Of a DNA stretch of 64,000 nt, positions 10,601 to 25,600 are shown one piece after another; position 1 is the stretch's first letter, and each line of letters opens with the position of its first letter. Under the pieces are notes generated by a model. It was not told the origin of the DNA and did no database searches. It saw only the letters and a list, made by a program, of their open reading frames with translations. The stretch comes from Haliotis rufescens (taxonomy: Eukaryota). Made by a program: the position numbers and the translations under genes. The DNA is taken from contig NW_025963846.1 in NCBI RefSeq assembly GCF_023055435.1, forward strand, positions 26,536,001 to 26,600,000, given 5' to 3'.

Positions 10601-13600
10601 ACCATACAGCCAAACACTAACTATCATACAAGTAGTCACATCTACCATACAGCCAAACACTACCTATCATACAGGTAATCACAATCTACCATACAGCCAA
10701 ACATTAACTATCATACAGGTAATCACAATCTACCATACAGCCAAACACTAACTATCATAAAGGTAATCACAATCTACCATACAGCCAAACACTAACTATC
10801 ATACAGGTAATCACAATCTACCATACAGCCAAACACTAACTATCATACAGGTAGTCACATCTACCATACAGCCAAACACTAAATATCATATAGGTAATCA
10901 CAATCTACCATACAGCCAAACACTAACTATCATACAGGTAATCACAATCTACTATACAGCCAAACACTAACTATCATACAGGTAGTCACAATCTACCATA
11001 CAGGCCAACACTTACTGCCTTACAGGTAATCACAATCTACCATACAGGCCAACACTAGCTGCCTTACAGGTAATACAGGTAAAAATATGTATATATATAT
11101 CTATATATGTTGTGGTAAGCAATATATTTACATTAACAACAACAGGTAATGGATTACAAGAAGCACACAGATAATTGGATGAAGCCAGATGTACAATCAA
11201 ATAACAGACAGGCAATAAAGACAGGTGTGCAGTGAGGATTAAAATGTTGTAACAGGCTAAGAGAGAGTATATATGGATGTCAATTTTTATTCCGAGAAAC
11301 ACAACGTTTCTGGGTAAGAAACTACAAGTGGCCATTGGAATCATAAGATATCAGCCAGCTTTGAACCGTGACCAGGGAACGTATCTGCCTTGTGCTTGAC
11401 TTATTGATTAATTAATCTGTGCCGTTGCATTATGCCCCTATGAAGACTAATTACTCCTGCTGGCTGCCATTTGTCCAGGCATAATACACCCCTGCCCTCC
11501 ATTTGTCTATTGCTCATTACCAAGCAGTGCTAATTTAAATCCTTGGTTCCATCTGTTCATTGCTAAAGACCAATCAGCCGCTAATCAATTGTTGGCTTCC
11601 CTTGTTACGTTTCCACCATTATTATCTATTTATTTGTGTTGCTTTTTACATGTGCATATATATGCTCTCTGCATCCTAGCATTCATGCGATTGGTTACTC
11701 ATTATAAAGAGTATATTACTTGATTAGATCTTCATAGGCAGACTGGATGTAACACCCTTGATCTCTGTTGATAAAACGTTGATGACGGTGGATATTTATG
11801 TTTTATGAGAGTTTTTTGTGAAGACCTGATGTTTGGTAGAGAGGGTTTGAACTTTGTCAAACTGATGGCTGGAAAACTTTTGCCGGGGTTCTGAGAGGGC
11901 TTATTTGCTTTTGAAGTTTAAGGTTCTTTGATGCGGGTAACTACATAGCCACAATAAATCTTACAGATGACTTCGTGTTGGTGGAAGGGTTAATGCCATT
12001 GGCGTGGATGATTCTACATAGGGATGGGGAGCTAGTGAAGATGGTATCGATGACTGCCCGGTGCTTAAGTAATCTGCTAATTTGATGTTAAGTCTTGCCA
12101 ATGTAGTGTAGAGTGATTCTGATTGGGACGGATTTTGGTCTGGATTGTTTGGATTTGGGCTGGAGTGCAGTGGAGATGGTCCTCATGACAAGTTTGGTAG
12201 GATACTGGTTAAGGTTTGTTAAGACATGCTCCCGATGATTAGGCTCATGGTTAAGGTCAAAGTTGCAGGAGCAGATGTGTTCTTCTCTCTTGGTCAGTGT
12301 GAAGTTGATGCCGGACTTCGTTTTGGGATTGGTGAGAGTTGAAATGAATTTCCTGGTCAGAATTAGTAGACGTCCTGTGTGGTTGTGATCTTGTTACTGG
12401 GGTCTGTCGATTCAAGAACGTCAAGGGAGGGGAGTTGTTGCTTGTTCTCTGTCTCCATGGTGAATTAACTCCGGGGTGTTGAGGTGCTTGGGAGGTGAGG
12501 TGGGATCATGTCCTTTTGAACATGACAACTAACGTGTGCAAGCAAACGGGTTGGATGTGGAGAGGGTTTTTTCTATGTCTCTGTATTGGATCCATGTCTC
12601 TGTGTACGGGTAGTGTAGGTTCTACATACATGGGATCTATCTCTCTGTGTACAGGTAGTGCAGGTTGTAAATACATGGGATCTACCTCTCTGTGCACTGG
12701 TAGTGTAGGTTGTACATACATGTAATCTGTCTCTCTGTGTACAGGTGGCCAGTGTAGGTTCTACATACATGGGATCTATCTTTCTGTGAACAGGTAGCCA
12801 GTGTAGGTTCTACATACATGAGATCTATCTCTCTGTGTACAGGTAGTGTAGTGTGTACATACATGGGACCTATCTCTCTGTGTACAGATAGTGTAGGTTG
12901 TACATACATGGCATCTATCTCTCTGTGTACAGATAGTGTATGTTGTACATACATGGAATCTATCTCTCTGTGTACAGATAGTATAGGTTGTACATACATG
13001 GGATCTATTTCTCTGTGTACAGTTAGCCAGTGTAGGTTCTACATACATATGATTTGTCTCTGTGTGATCAGTTAGTGTAGGTTCTACACACATGGGATCT
13101 ATCTCTCCAACAGGACAGTATACTACAAGCAGCATGTGTGCAACTCTGGATACAGATCTACCGATAACCATGGCTGTCCGCACGGTAAAACTACCTTTAC
13201 GAAAAAATTGTATACTTTTAATCACAAATATATTTAAGGGACTAATCAGTACATTGATATGAATATGTAAGCTGAAAAAGGCTCTGTCATTGATAGACAT
13301 GTAGTTTATTAACTTCATCAATACATCCGTAGCCATCTGCGACAACGTCATTAACCCAAACGGCGCCTGCAACATTGACTATCCTACGTCCCACATCATC
13401 TACAGCAATGGCTTGACCCAATACAGTAGCGGGGGCACCTGCAGCCTCCCCGAGATATGCACTAACTGCAAGATGGGCTTCTATGCCAGCCTAAACAGAT
13501 GCCGGAGTAAGTGGTTAACTGTCAACTTATCTAATATGCACACGTATTCCTCAGTGACCGAGTGCTCACAGATCCACATACAGTCGGCTTAAATAACAAC

Positions 13601-16600
13601 GATAGTGGGTTGATTTGTAGAAATACATTTTGTTTCATTTTCCTGAAGAGAGGCTTGGCAAATTGGCATCTCTGACTGGTTCATGCAAATAAATCATTAA
13701 TAAAGTGCTGACATGTTTCAATAATCATGATACATATATCACAACTGGGTATCTTAATTACGTTGACAAAGTCTGAAATTCCTTCTGGTCACTTGGTTAC
13801 CTGCAGTTCTCAGGTCGGTAGTGTTTGTATGCCCTGTTTTCTGCGGACAGTGTGCTCGGCCATCTCCAACTGTGACCTGGAGGAATGTACGTCGCCCTCT
13901 GACCAGGTGTGTTCCCGTTGTGAAGGGGTGTACAGGGATCGGCCTGGGGAACGAGCGTACGCCGACACCACAGACAAGAAATCCTGTATCCGTAAGTATC
14001 GGGAATTGTGGACACCCACTCACCATCTTTAATATACTTGTTATTTAATACAATGCTGCATACCTCCATTTGGACGAGGTATTACAAAGGCCTTCTTTGC
14101 TCAAAGGATCTGCATAATTGATGACAATAACAACCTATTCAGAAATCAAATGTAGAAATTGTTGTAACAGTTGTTCATATGAATGAGTTTGAATATATGC
14201 ATGTTTTGACTTGTGACAACATTTAATGTTTCAAACAGACTGGTTTAAGAGGTTTTTATTAAGTGTGTTTGAAGATTTGTTGTCCCTGTTTAAGAAACCA
14301 CTGGTAAGAACAAGACTTTACTCTGTGTCATTGAAAGACATGTAACAACTGGCGCCGGTGGAGTAGGGTATAAACAGTAATAGGCAAAAGTATCGAACAG
14401 AGAGTATAGTACTTGATATTGCCTTGAAACATTTGGTTAAAGCAAAATCAGGTCCGTGCGTGTATTAACAACTTTGAGCTGAAGACATGTCCAGTTCTCT
14501 TTTGTACTACATTCCAAAGCTCCATAAATTTCCGTACAACGAAAAATATACACCTCATCAAAAGTATCTCACCAACAAAATTTGTTGAAAATCAGAAAAG
14601 AAAAGTGTAAAGAGAAGCTTGAAAGCAAAACAAAAGTGTTACTTAACGTCACAGAAGATGTTAATTCATGAATGAAAGGAAAAATGAGCATTTGCACAGA
14701 AAAGAAACAACATTATTCGCCAGCGACTACAAGGCCTGTAACTGTGTAAATATGATAACTGTCAGGAATGAGATAGACAGATCAAAATGTACATGTCTCA
14801 GGAACGTTTTACCCATGTCACAGTTAGATGATCAATAGTGTAAGCCCCATGCACGGATCACATCCACAAGACGCCTCCTCATCCCCAACTGAGGTATGTG
14901 TTGCCATTCCTGATGCAATTTAGGGCATCGTTGTCCACAGAGATAGGACGAGTTGCAAGTACATGGTTATCAAAATAAGGCATAACAAAACCGTTCAATA
15001 TGGTATCTTGTAACCTTTGTCCATTTAGAGCCCCCTGAACTGTCACAAAATCAAATTTACAGTCAAAGAAGCAGCATGCCTATACCATCCCGATCCTCCA
15101 CCTGAGGCCTCTGTTTCCTGGATGTTTTGCTGATGATAAGATGTTCCTCTTTGCCTCCACACAAGTCCTACCACCAGCGTAGACCTTCTCTCGTAAGTCC
15201 AATGAATCCCCCTCCATGACCTCAAGATCCAGTGTGCTCGATTCTGACACCAGGCTACAGAGCCCAGCATATAATGGGGTGAGAGCAGGGGACGTCTTAT
15301 TGGTGTTGTGGCCCTTAATCCTGCTGCATTCAGTCGACTCCTGATGGTGCTAGTAGGGATGCTCTGTTGTTGGTATGTCAGTGATGATGAAGAACAGTGC
15401 AAGTTTTGCCTGGCCTACAAGGACTGTGTCCTCTCTGTCACTGGTCTTCGTGGACGTCCTGATCTCGGCATGTCCCTCACATGTCAAGGCAAAGTGTGTT
15501 TTCTGATCAGTCTACAGATTACAGCATGATTAATGTTCGACACAGCAACAATATCCCGACATGTCATGCCAGTTCGGTGCATGCCAATGATTTGCCATCT
15601 TTGATTGTCTAGGACATTTCAGTTACAATCGTAATAATAGTTAGGAATAATAGTAATAGCATGAACTTTCCGTCATCAAACATGAATTTCTCTATTTAGA
15701 CCCCTTAGCTGTGCATACGGTTCACATTAACGCACCCACAAGGTGGGGCAGTTAAGGTGTTTACCATTCTACAAGCAGATGATGTGACAACACACAGGGT
15801 GCAATTTGAACATCTCTACATTGAAAATAAACTCGCAATAATACTTCCAATTTGGTGGTGCAATAATTTTGATGAGGTGAATATATTGCAGGGCTCAGCA
15901 AATGTACCACCAAAGATGGTCCCTATCTCAGAGATTGACCATAATCCTTAACACAGTTAATATAGTACCAGAGAGAGGACGTGGTGATGAAGGGGATTCA
16001 CAAAAGTCAAAGCTTTAGCATGAATCTGTGCAATTCTCTAAGAAGTTTTGATTTTTCAACTTCATACCACACTATTCCACTTGTCTCAGATATAAAGACG
16101 GTCCTCCCTCGATTGTATTAAGAATTATGGTTTATCACTGAGACAGGAGTTTCATGGTACATTGGCTGGACCAATAAACAAATGCTCAGGGAATAGGCTT
16201 ATTCGTCAGGCTCTTACCTTTCTTGCGATTACGGAAAGTGTTTGTTACCGTTATCAAACATTTAACGATGATCATGTATTTGAGTCATGCTGATTGTCAC
16301 TGGACACGTCCGTAAAAAGTAATCCTTGATCAGTGACTCGAAATACGAAAAATGAGCCATCTCTCTCATTTTAGCCATACCTACTTTTACATGTCAGAAT
16401 TATAAGTATGGCAAATGTAAGGAAGAAGAAAGCCCAAATGCCAGCCAATCGAACATGCCTGATTTATTTTGAGACCAACATTTCAAAATGTTTTCATAAC
16501 CTTTAAATTTGACTTAATACCTCGTCCATTTTTTTTAATAATAACCGGATTAATGTTTTAGCTTTTCTGCCTTAACTGACTGGTGCGGATATATTTTATG

Positions 16601-19600
16601 ACAAAAGTAGTGAGGTTCCAGGGTAAAAGTTATTTGGCGATTTTGAAAATTTAATCACATATATAATCTATTTCAGTTTACAGTTGTAATGGTGCCTGTA
16701 GTTATATAAAATGCGACCTAATTCGCCTGTATGACTGACACACGTATGCTGTGTGTTTTTCAGAGGCATGTTCGTGGCGCAGTGACAGTACACGGTGCTA
16801 CCCGGGAGTATGTGCAGAGGAATATGCAAGGAATTGTATCTGTACAACAGAGTTTAGCGGAAGACACTGCGAGAAAAGTAGGAACAAAATACACATACAC
16901 ACCAATGTTACACTCTAGATCTGAGAGGAAAATAATAACACAAATGTTAATTATAAAAGTATTACAATAGTTTCCAATCAATGGTTTTCTTCTTATCCTG
17001 AAAACATTAAATATGTCAATTACGTCCTGCAGACAGTATGGTGAAAGGTTTCCACTCAACCATCTCTATATCCTTGCTGCCTGGGTCAGAGTAGGACGCC
17101 AGTGCCCCAATCTTGTTGATCAGTGAGCAACTGGGTGACTTGGCTGATTGCAGGAACTCGTACGCCAGTGGCGTGGATAGTAACTGTTGGTGATGTCACG
17201 GGTTTGCCGGGTCCAGGCCGTTGATATATCTATTTCTGCCTGCTGTTTAAACAACATTCACTAATCCACTCTTATCTATAAATACTCTTAGGTTTGCTGC
17301 AGAATGTGATCCGGTTCAACATTGTTTTGTTTCTGAAATTACGTCACCACCTCCATCGCTCCTATCTGTAGCTCAGCACAGACTTTCTGTTGCTCATGAG
17401 AGGCTTTTTTGGTGTGTGTTATTCATAAAGGGTTTAAAATAAAGATATGGTTTCGAATGGGTGTAGAAAAACGTCAGAGAATAACCAATTGCTTATCCGT
17501 CGAAATAGATTCTTTGGGGCTTTTTTTTAACTGTGCCTTCCTGTCATCGGGAAACTGATGAATCTGGCGGTTACAGACCATGTCATCTGAAACATCCGCC
17601 TTCCACCTGATATATTTGTAACGGCTCGTTACAGTCTGACAGTTGCAGTTTTCTTTACCGCTTGCCTTGATTGACAGGTCCTATCAACTTTGTTAGATGC
17701 TACTCTTCGTTCATTGGCAGCTGACTTTGTGGGAGAAAGAAATGGATGTCTGATACACTGCATCATCAAAGATGTATTCACTCTCACGTTGTGTTTCCAG
17801 TCGACACGTTCCCATCTATTTTGTACAACACACTGAAGGTGACCGGCCCGGGCCTGGACAAGGTGGAAGCCCCAGACAATCCCAATGAAGGAGCTCCCCA
17901 AGACAAGTCCTGGACCAACATCAACGACACAAGGATGATCTACTACAAATTCGAGACCAAGTTCATCATGACTGCGACTCCACCGCCCAGACAGGCCTAT
18001 GTTGAGGGCTTTGCTGTTGGCATCATCAACGCCAAAGCAACATTTGAAGTTAAAAGAAGTATGAACTCTGTGTTCTGTGAAAGTGTATTCCTTCATGATC
18101 ATTGAATAATTTTATGCCCGATGTCAATGCTATTTTGACTGTATCACTTGAGAGTGATTCAAAAACACATTCTCATGATGTTTGCATGTGTTTTCTACTG
18201 GTGTCACCAATGTGACCGGATACGCTCAATGTTTCCAAAGCACTTGGTATCATCATCATTTGAGAGTGATTCAAAAACACTTTCTAATGATACAGAGGGA
18301 ATTGTACCATTGACTCTTATACTTCTTATGGTTATTTAAAGGGGTTTGTGGCTTCCATTGATATCATAAATTATCCATTGTTAGTTGCTATTTGCTAAAT
18401 ATGTTCACTTTGGTTTTATTCACCTTTGGTCCTTTCAAAAACTATGTTTTAAGTTGTAAGTATGTTTCAGACGACTGTGTCATAATGAGCACTGTACGAC
18501 CTTGCAATGGCCCCAGTAAGACGGCACCTCATCAAACTAAGTTGACCTGTGAGGAGGACGTGACTGCAGATACCTTTCTCTCCCATCATGTGGAGAATGG
18601 AGATATGTGAGTCACGTGGCATGAGAGGCCTTGAACAACCAACGTATTGTTACAATAATCAAGCTCAACTCATCGAATACCCATTGAGTAAATTTCCAAT
18701 GACAAATATAATAGCCGGTTACATATTATGCAAGCTAACTGAACTTCTCTGATTATCCGTGTTTTCCTCAGAATGGAATTCACATTTGAGGCAACTAATG
18801 GTGGCTACGTTAAAGTGAGGAACAAGGAGAGCGGCAGTCTCGTGACTTACTACTACGAAGGGAAGACACAAATCAATCGTTATAGCCTCGGGTTTGACTT
18901 CATAGACCCACATCACTGCAGTGCAGATCTGGAGGAGAAATGCACAGATGACATGATATCACTGGCCAAGACCCACACACAGGTCAGTTGTGAACGATTA
19001 TTATGCTTAACAATGAGTTCAACAATGAGTCCACTTTCTGAATCACTGTACATGTAAACCAAATAGGGATAGATGATTGATTATAGTTGCTTTATTAAAT
19101 AGTTTTATATGTTGCGAACCTGAGGAATTAAAACTTTGTAATTGTAAAATGCGAGAATAGTACTCTCGTTATTATTCTAGTTTTGTAAGACTGTAGAAAC
19201 ATATATATGTTATTTGACAGTCGACTAGATATCTATTGTAGGAATGACCTCATAGAAACCTTCTGTGAGGTCAAAGACTGTTGCTGAATATTGTAGTTAT
19301 TATCTAGTCTGTCAAAAGTATATGGCGTAACATGGTTATAGATGTATGTACTCTTGGTCTCCAGGGTTATGGACACAATGAATACAGGAACAAAATCTGC
19401 ACTGGATGCTGCTTGACTCGCCATTAATCGGCCTGATTGTTACATGATGTTTACTTGTCAGTGATGTCCATGTGTTGATGAGTGTCATATACTCATGTAA
19501 TGTATCCGTCTGTCTCCAGGCTCCGATCTGTATCACGTGGCAGGGATGGAGGGACGACGTCCTGGTGTTCTCCTACTTGGTGTCGATATTTGAACTTTAT

Positions 19601-22600
19601 GACCAACATCCCAACAGAAGTGACTCTCAACTCGTGGAGAAATCACTAGCCTTTGAATCTGACAGATACAGCGGCGAGGTATGCTATTGTGACAGATAAT
19701 ATGCCTTCACTCGGTCACAGAGAGTTGCGTCCCTCACAGGTGTCATGACCATTGAGTCGCTGATTGGAAGCGCAGATTCGCAACGAATTTGATCCTTGGT
19801 CTCGACACCTCGTCCAGGCTCGTGGGTTTTAAGACCCGTGTTCCCATCTGCTTTGCTCCCACATTTAGCTGGCAAGCTGTGATATCTGGTCATGGTGGAC
19901 TTTGCGTTATCATGCTACAAACATAACCGATGTTGTTACATGTCACCTCGCCAATCCAAATGTATGATCAACAAGTATACTAGGGGGAATTACACACATG
20001 CATGAAACAGTTAATATATCATGATCATTATGTGTGATTGTTTATTGTCAAGACAATATATTTTTGTCATCTGATCTTTCACATCTAAATAATACATCAT
20101 TCATCCTTGGTTTGCAGATATCCTCGAGTCAGTTTCATCTGTCACACCCCGGGGTGTATGCCCTTGTTTTAACCGCTTACGACAAGGCCGAAAACAGCAA
20201 GAGTGCTCAGCGAATATTCATCTATGACGAGGTGTCAAAAGTGGGCGTGGTCCATGACACGAGGCTGCTAGTGACGTCATCGGCTTCTAGAACAACCCAC
20301 CGCTGGCAGAGGAATACGACGGAAGTGTCTGTCGACTGGGAGAAGAGGTAAGGAAGCATGCATCCACCAACTCGTGCCATCTGCATCACTGTAGTGTTTC
20401 TCTTGGTGACTTTGTCTCTCAAGGCATGTGACTGTTCAAAATTGGTGCCTGCTCACCAAACCACGAAGAGGTACCCAGTCGGATAAGAAATGCCTGACAG
20501 GCAGCTTTGGTTGAATATTCCCCAGGTCGTTGAGGACGTAATTAAAGTGCTCAGTGATCCATTGACAGGGACATAATCGCTTCTAGAATATTTTAGGAAA
20601 TGAGTGAGTAAATTGGGTTTTACTCAGCCATCAACATTCCAACAATATCACGGCGGAGGACACAAAAAATAAGCGCAACACATTGTACCCATGTGGGTCA
20701 AACACTTTAACAACTTATCCTTACCACATCGAAAAAACGCAATATAACTTAACTTCACATAAATTTGTCAAATGCTCAAACAAAATGTAAATGTTTTTGT
20801 GACAGCATTTACGTATATTTGTATTTTAAGTGCATAACAATATAACATCCCTATACACTGTACAGGTACATCAACCCCCTCCATTACAACAAGGGGTGGC
20901 TGAAGCAAGCGGCCTCCACGCATGACGTTACCCAGGACTACGACGATAACAACCACTCCAGGGGAATAGACGCCATTGATCACGTGCAGGGTGAGGAAGT
21001 GCTTGTGTTTCTTATGCTTCATTTCCCCAATACCTGCCTATTATGGATGAACAATGAGTCGAAATATCACAATTCCCTCAAGGTTGATAGTTGTATAGTG
21101 AAGGCTTCGAGAAAGAGGATACCCGTGCCGTCAGGGTACCATCAGTGGTTGATATCATGAGCAGTAACAAATGCCATCGGGCAGACAATCAGTGGTTGGT
21201 TGACTATCAGTAGAATGTTGTATTCACTGTATGCGGTCAGCAAGTTTACAAACATTGCTACCAGACCCGATAGTTTTTCCCTATCCATGTTATAAGACAT
21301 CTATGGATGTCTTGAATCAAAGCAGATTCTTTTTAACCAGTTGATCAAATGTTTCCATTAAATTCAACATTACATTTGTGATAAGAGGAAGCCCCTTCTA
21401 TCCCGTTCCCGCTCCAGGATCTTGGCTCATGTGTTGATGTAAATCTGCTATCCTTACAACAGGAAGGTAATGATTAGGCTTTTCAAAAATATGTTTATAT
21501 TTACGATCCCATTAGTTACATGTGTTTTATGTCCAATTGTTAATCATGTCAATTTGTTTTTGAGTTTTATCCATCAATTGTTATTTGACTGAATAAGCAA
21601 TCACCTCTACAATTACTCAGTTGGTGCCTTGTATCATTGTTCTGATTATAATAGTTTTGTGTACCCACATTTATATAACGCATCAGTAAAAGACATGGTT
21701 TACATGTTCCAGGCATAGTGGAATACCGCACCGCCTTCCTGACTGACCACAGTGGCGGCAGCAGCATCCTCTCTCCCCCTCCTGACGCCGACTTCCAGAG
21801 CCAGGGTTTGACTCAGCACCAGACAGTCACACCGGTCCTCGTGGACGGAGACACCGTCAGATTCTGGGTCAGGGCGTACGACATCAGGCGCGAACTCCTT
21901 GAGGAGAGCGTGACAGTCCACGTGGACACATCGCCCCCAGTCATAGAGAACCTGTGGCTCACCAGGGGAGACAGACTCAACATCAGTGTGCATAGAGTAG
22001 AGGAATTCAATGAAATGACGTAAGTTCTCTTTTTCTCCATGTTAAGTAAGGAAACAGTACCTTCAAAGCAAAACCGTGGCAACGGGTGACTCACTCGTCT
22101 CATCCGCCGCAATTTACGGCTCTAGGTTGCGTGCCTTCGGCTTTCGTGAAATTTATGATCATGGGTTCAAATCAAACTTCTCATTAATTATGTTTCTAGG
22201 TTTGTCAGTACCATGCCGGTGCTCGTAGGATTCACATCACTCCGTGAATCAGACATGCCGTGGAAATAACTAAAATACTGTTCAAAGGCTCCTTAAACCA
22301 AACTCAACCACTCATACACCTTAGTACTATGTCTTGCATTTAAGATTTGAGTGGCTGGCGTTTGACGACCACAGTGGTCTAGAAACTGTGTCGTGGAGAC
22401 TCTACGACAACATCACCGGCTCAGACATCTACCACGGAGAAGAACATCTATCAGCTCAAGGAGACACGCAAGTACATACCTTCCTTCATTTATTCGTCTT
22501 AGGGAGGTCCAATCTTGTTGTAATATTGGGCACGGATACCTAAACAGGGCACGGATACCTAAGTATTTATTCAGTTGTGTTTAATTACCCCAGACACTGG

Positions 22601-25600
22601 CCAAGTGCACAGCGAGGTACGGCGACTATGCACGGGGTGCCAACTGCTACTGTACGCCAGGGACAGGGTGTTACCACAGACACTTCCAGATCAAACCACG
22701 CATAATCTCATCTAATCTCAGTCATGGTGGCCTATTCCACGACATGCACAAGGGCGTTCACGACTCCGACTACTTCATCGAGATTACAGTAATGAACCAC
22801 GCCAAACTAAACATGTCGCTTGCAATCAAGGTGAGGACAATACGTTTCTGTCTACATAAAGCATGAGTGAACAAAATGTGCAAGCACCTGATTCAACTAG
22901 TGCTCGACGGTGTTACGGTATTTATCTGTCTAGATTCTTAATGTAACGATGATACTACTAAACATACATGTAACTAAAGCCACCCTGACACTTGCACGAT
23001 TTTTGTCCCTGCAATGCCGCGCAAAGCGTCGTGGCAAGGCATGCCATTTCAGTGGTACGCAGCGGAGCGTGAAGCCGCTTTTGCACCCTGTTCGCGCAAT
23101 CTCTACGCAATGCACGGCCAAAAATGGGCCGCATTAGCACGCATTGACACGCAATGGCACGACTTGTTTACGTCTAGGTTAAGTATTGTTCGCGCATTGT
23201 TCACGTCTTCCGTACCGTCACATACGACACGCATAGTTCCCGCTGTTTTCCCGCATCTCCACGCATTGCCCCGACGACTTCGCGCTTTGGTCACGCTTGG
23301 CGGCACTCTTCAAATCTCGCTATTGGCGTATGTATATAAACTCAAAATAGAAGAGATTCTTCATTCCTCGACTCGCTGTGGACGATACAACATGCTGAAT
23401 ACCAGAGTTATTGTTATTGCAGAACAGAGAAGGTGTCTATATCTGGCAGCTGCAGGACTATTACTTCTTGAAGAGCAGGAGAAAAGGCAGCAAGAGCAAG
23501 AGGAAGAGCATGAGAAAGAAGAAGAGACAACCCTAACTAGAACAAGGAAAGCAAGGACAGTGTGGGTTAGGGAATGGTTGGCGAGAAGACATGAGTTCGC
23601 ACATTATAATCAGCTATTGACAGGACTCCATAAGGAAGATCCAAGAGGCTAAAGGAATTACCTGAGAATGACACCTGACCTGTTCCAAGAAATGGTGGAG
23701 AAATTAACCCCTCACCTTAAGAAAGAGACCACATTCATGAGAGAACCGCTTGAAGTTGGACTCAAGCTGGCTGCCACCCTCCGCTTCCTAGTCACTGGAA
23801 ATTCCTATCCAAGTCCACAGTACAGCTTCAGAGTTGAAGCAAGTACAATCTGCAAGTTCTCACCAGAGGTGTGCAAAGCCATCATTGAGGTCTTCAAGGA
23901 CGAAGTGCTCAGCTGCCCCAAAACTCAAGAAGAGTGGATGGGTGTTGCTGAGATGTTCAAGCACGTTGCTATGAGGACGCCACCCAAAGCAGGCTCCCTC
24001 TATTATAATTACAAGGGCTTCCACATCATTGTACTCATGGCAGTTGCAGATGCTTGGTATAAGTTCTTGTATGTTGATGTTGGGGCAGAGGGTGGTGCCC
24101 CATTGAGCCAGTCCTTCTGTCTCTTGTCATACAACTGTGGGTAGTCGTTTACATATTCTGCTAATTTCATGGTACCCTCATCTGTCCACTTATACTCAGG
24201 AATGTCTTACTTGGACACTCTTGGATTCTCTTCTTCTGTTTTACTGTGGGCTCTTCTTCACGTGACAGTTCTATTTAAGTCTCTGTGAAAACTTCAAGTT
24301 GTGTCTGTGGAACAACATCCACACTTGAGCAGGAGGAAGGAGGAGAAAGATTCCTCTCCCTATCAGTCTATTTCTTTGTTTCTGGACTGTCCTCTTCCTG
24401 TCTATTTTTGCACTGGTCTTCCCCTTCTTCAACGTACTTTCTCCTTGTAAGGCATGTTGTCCGTTTGCTGGCAAGTTGCAGACTTTCTCCTTGTAAGGCA
24501 TGTTGTCCGTTTGCTGGCAAGTTGACCAGGACCCGCTTACATACGTGCTGACGCGAGCGCCGTCGTCGCTCATTTGTCGGGAACTATGCGCGAACAATGC
24601 GTAAACACTTCGTGAGCAGTTTGTGCATTGCGGGAATGGTTCGTGACGTGTGCGACCTGTGCGTGAGCTGGGCGTTCCATGATTACGTGAACAACTCGTG
24701 AGAACACCCTAACAACCGCACGATCACTCCGCGACACGCGCCAACAACGTGGACAGTTCGTGACCAATGCGTGGCATGGCGTGTCAGAGCGTGTAGTGGA
24801 TTCCCATGGCACGCATTGACACGCACCGTCGGCAGTGTTCGCGTCGAGCTCGTACAGTGTTCACGTCGAGCTCGTACAGTGTTCACGCATGGTTCACGCA
24901 AGTGGCACGCACATGGCACGAAAATTGATGCGTGCCAAATTGTTGAACATTTTGCAATTCTCTCTACGACATGGCACGCATCCGCGCACCCTTCACACTC
25001 TCCTCACGCTCGGTCCCCAAAGACTTTAATCATTGGCATGCCGAAGAGCGAGGCATTGCGGAAACAAAAATCGTGCAAGTGTCAGGGTGTCTTTAAACAC
25101 ATTACACATTCTATGAAGTTAGTGTCTCTCTAGTTGACACATCCTATGATGTTACTGCCTCTCTAGTCGACACAATCCATGATGTTACTGCCCCTCTAGG
25201 TGACAAAAGCTGTGATGTTACTTCCCCTCTATGTGACACATTCTATCATGTTACTAGCAGTCTAGGTGACACATTTTATGATGTTACTGCCCCTCCAGGT
25301 GACATATTCGGTGATGTACCTGTCCCTCTAGGTGACATATTCTATGATGTTTCTGCCCCTCCAGATGACACATTCTATCATGTTACTACCCCTCCAGATG
25401 ACACATTTTATCATGTTACTACCCCTCTAGGTGACATATTCTATGATGTTACTGCCCCTCCAGATGACACTTTCTATGATGTTACTACCCCTCCAGATGA
25501 CACATTCTATCATGTTACTACCCCTCTATGTGACACATTCTATCATGTTACTGCCCCTCTAGGTGACACATTCTATGATGTTACTGCCCCTCTAGATGAC

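Noticed and set aside
7667-11075. CRISPR-like regular repeats
   Set aside because: No unique spacers, no cas genes, eukaryotic intron context.
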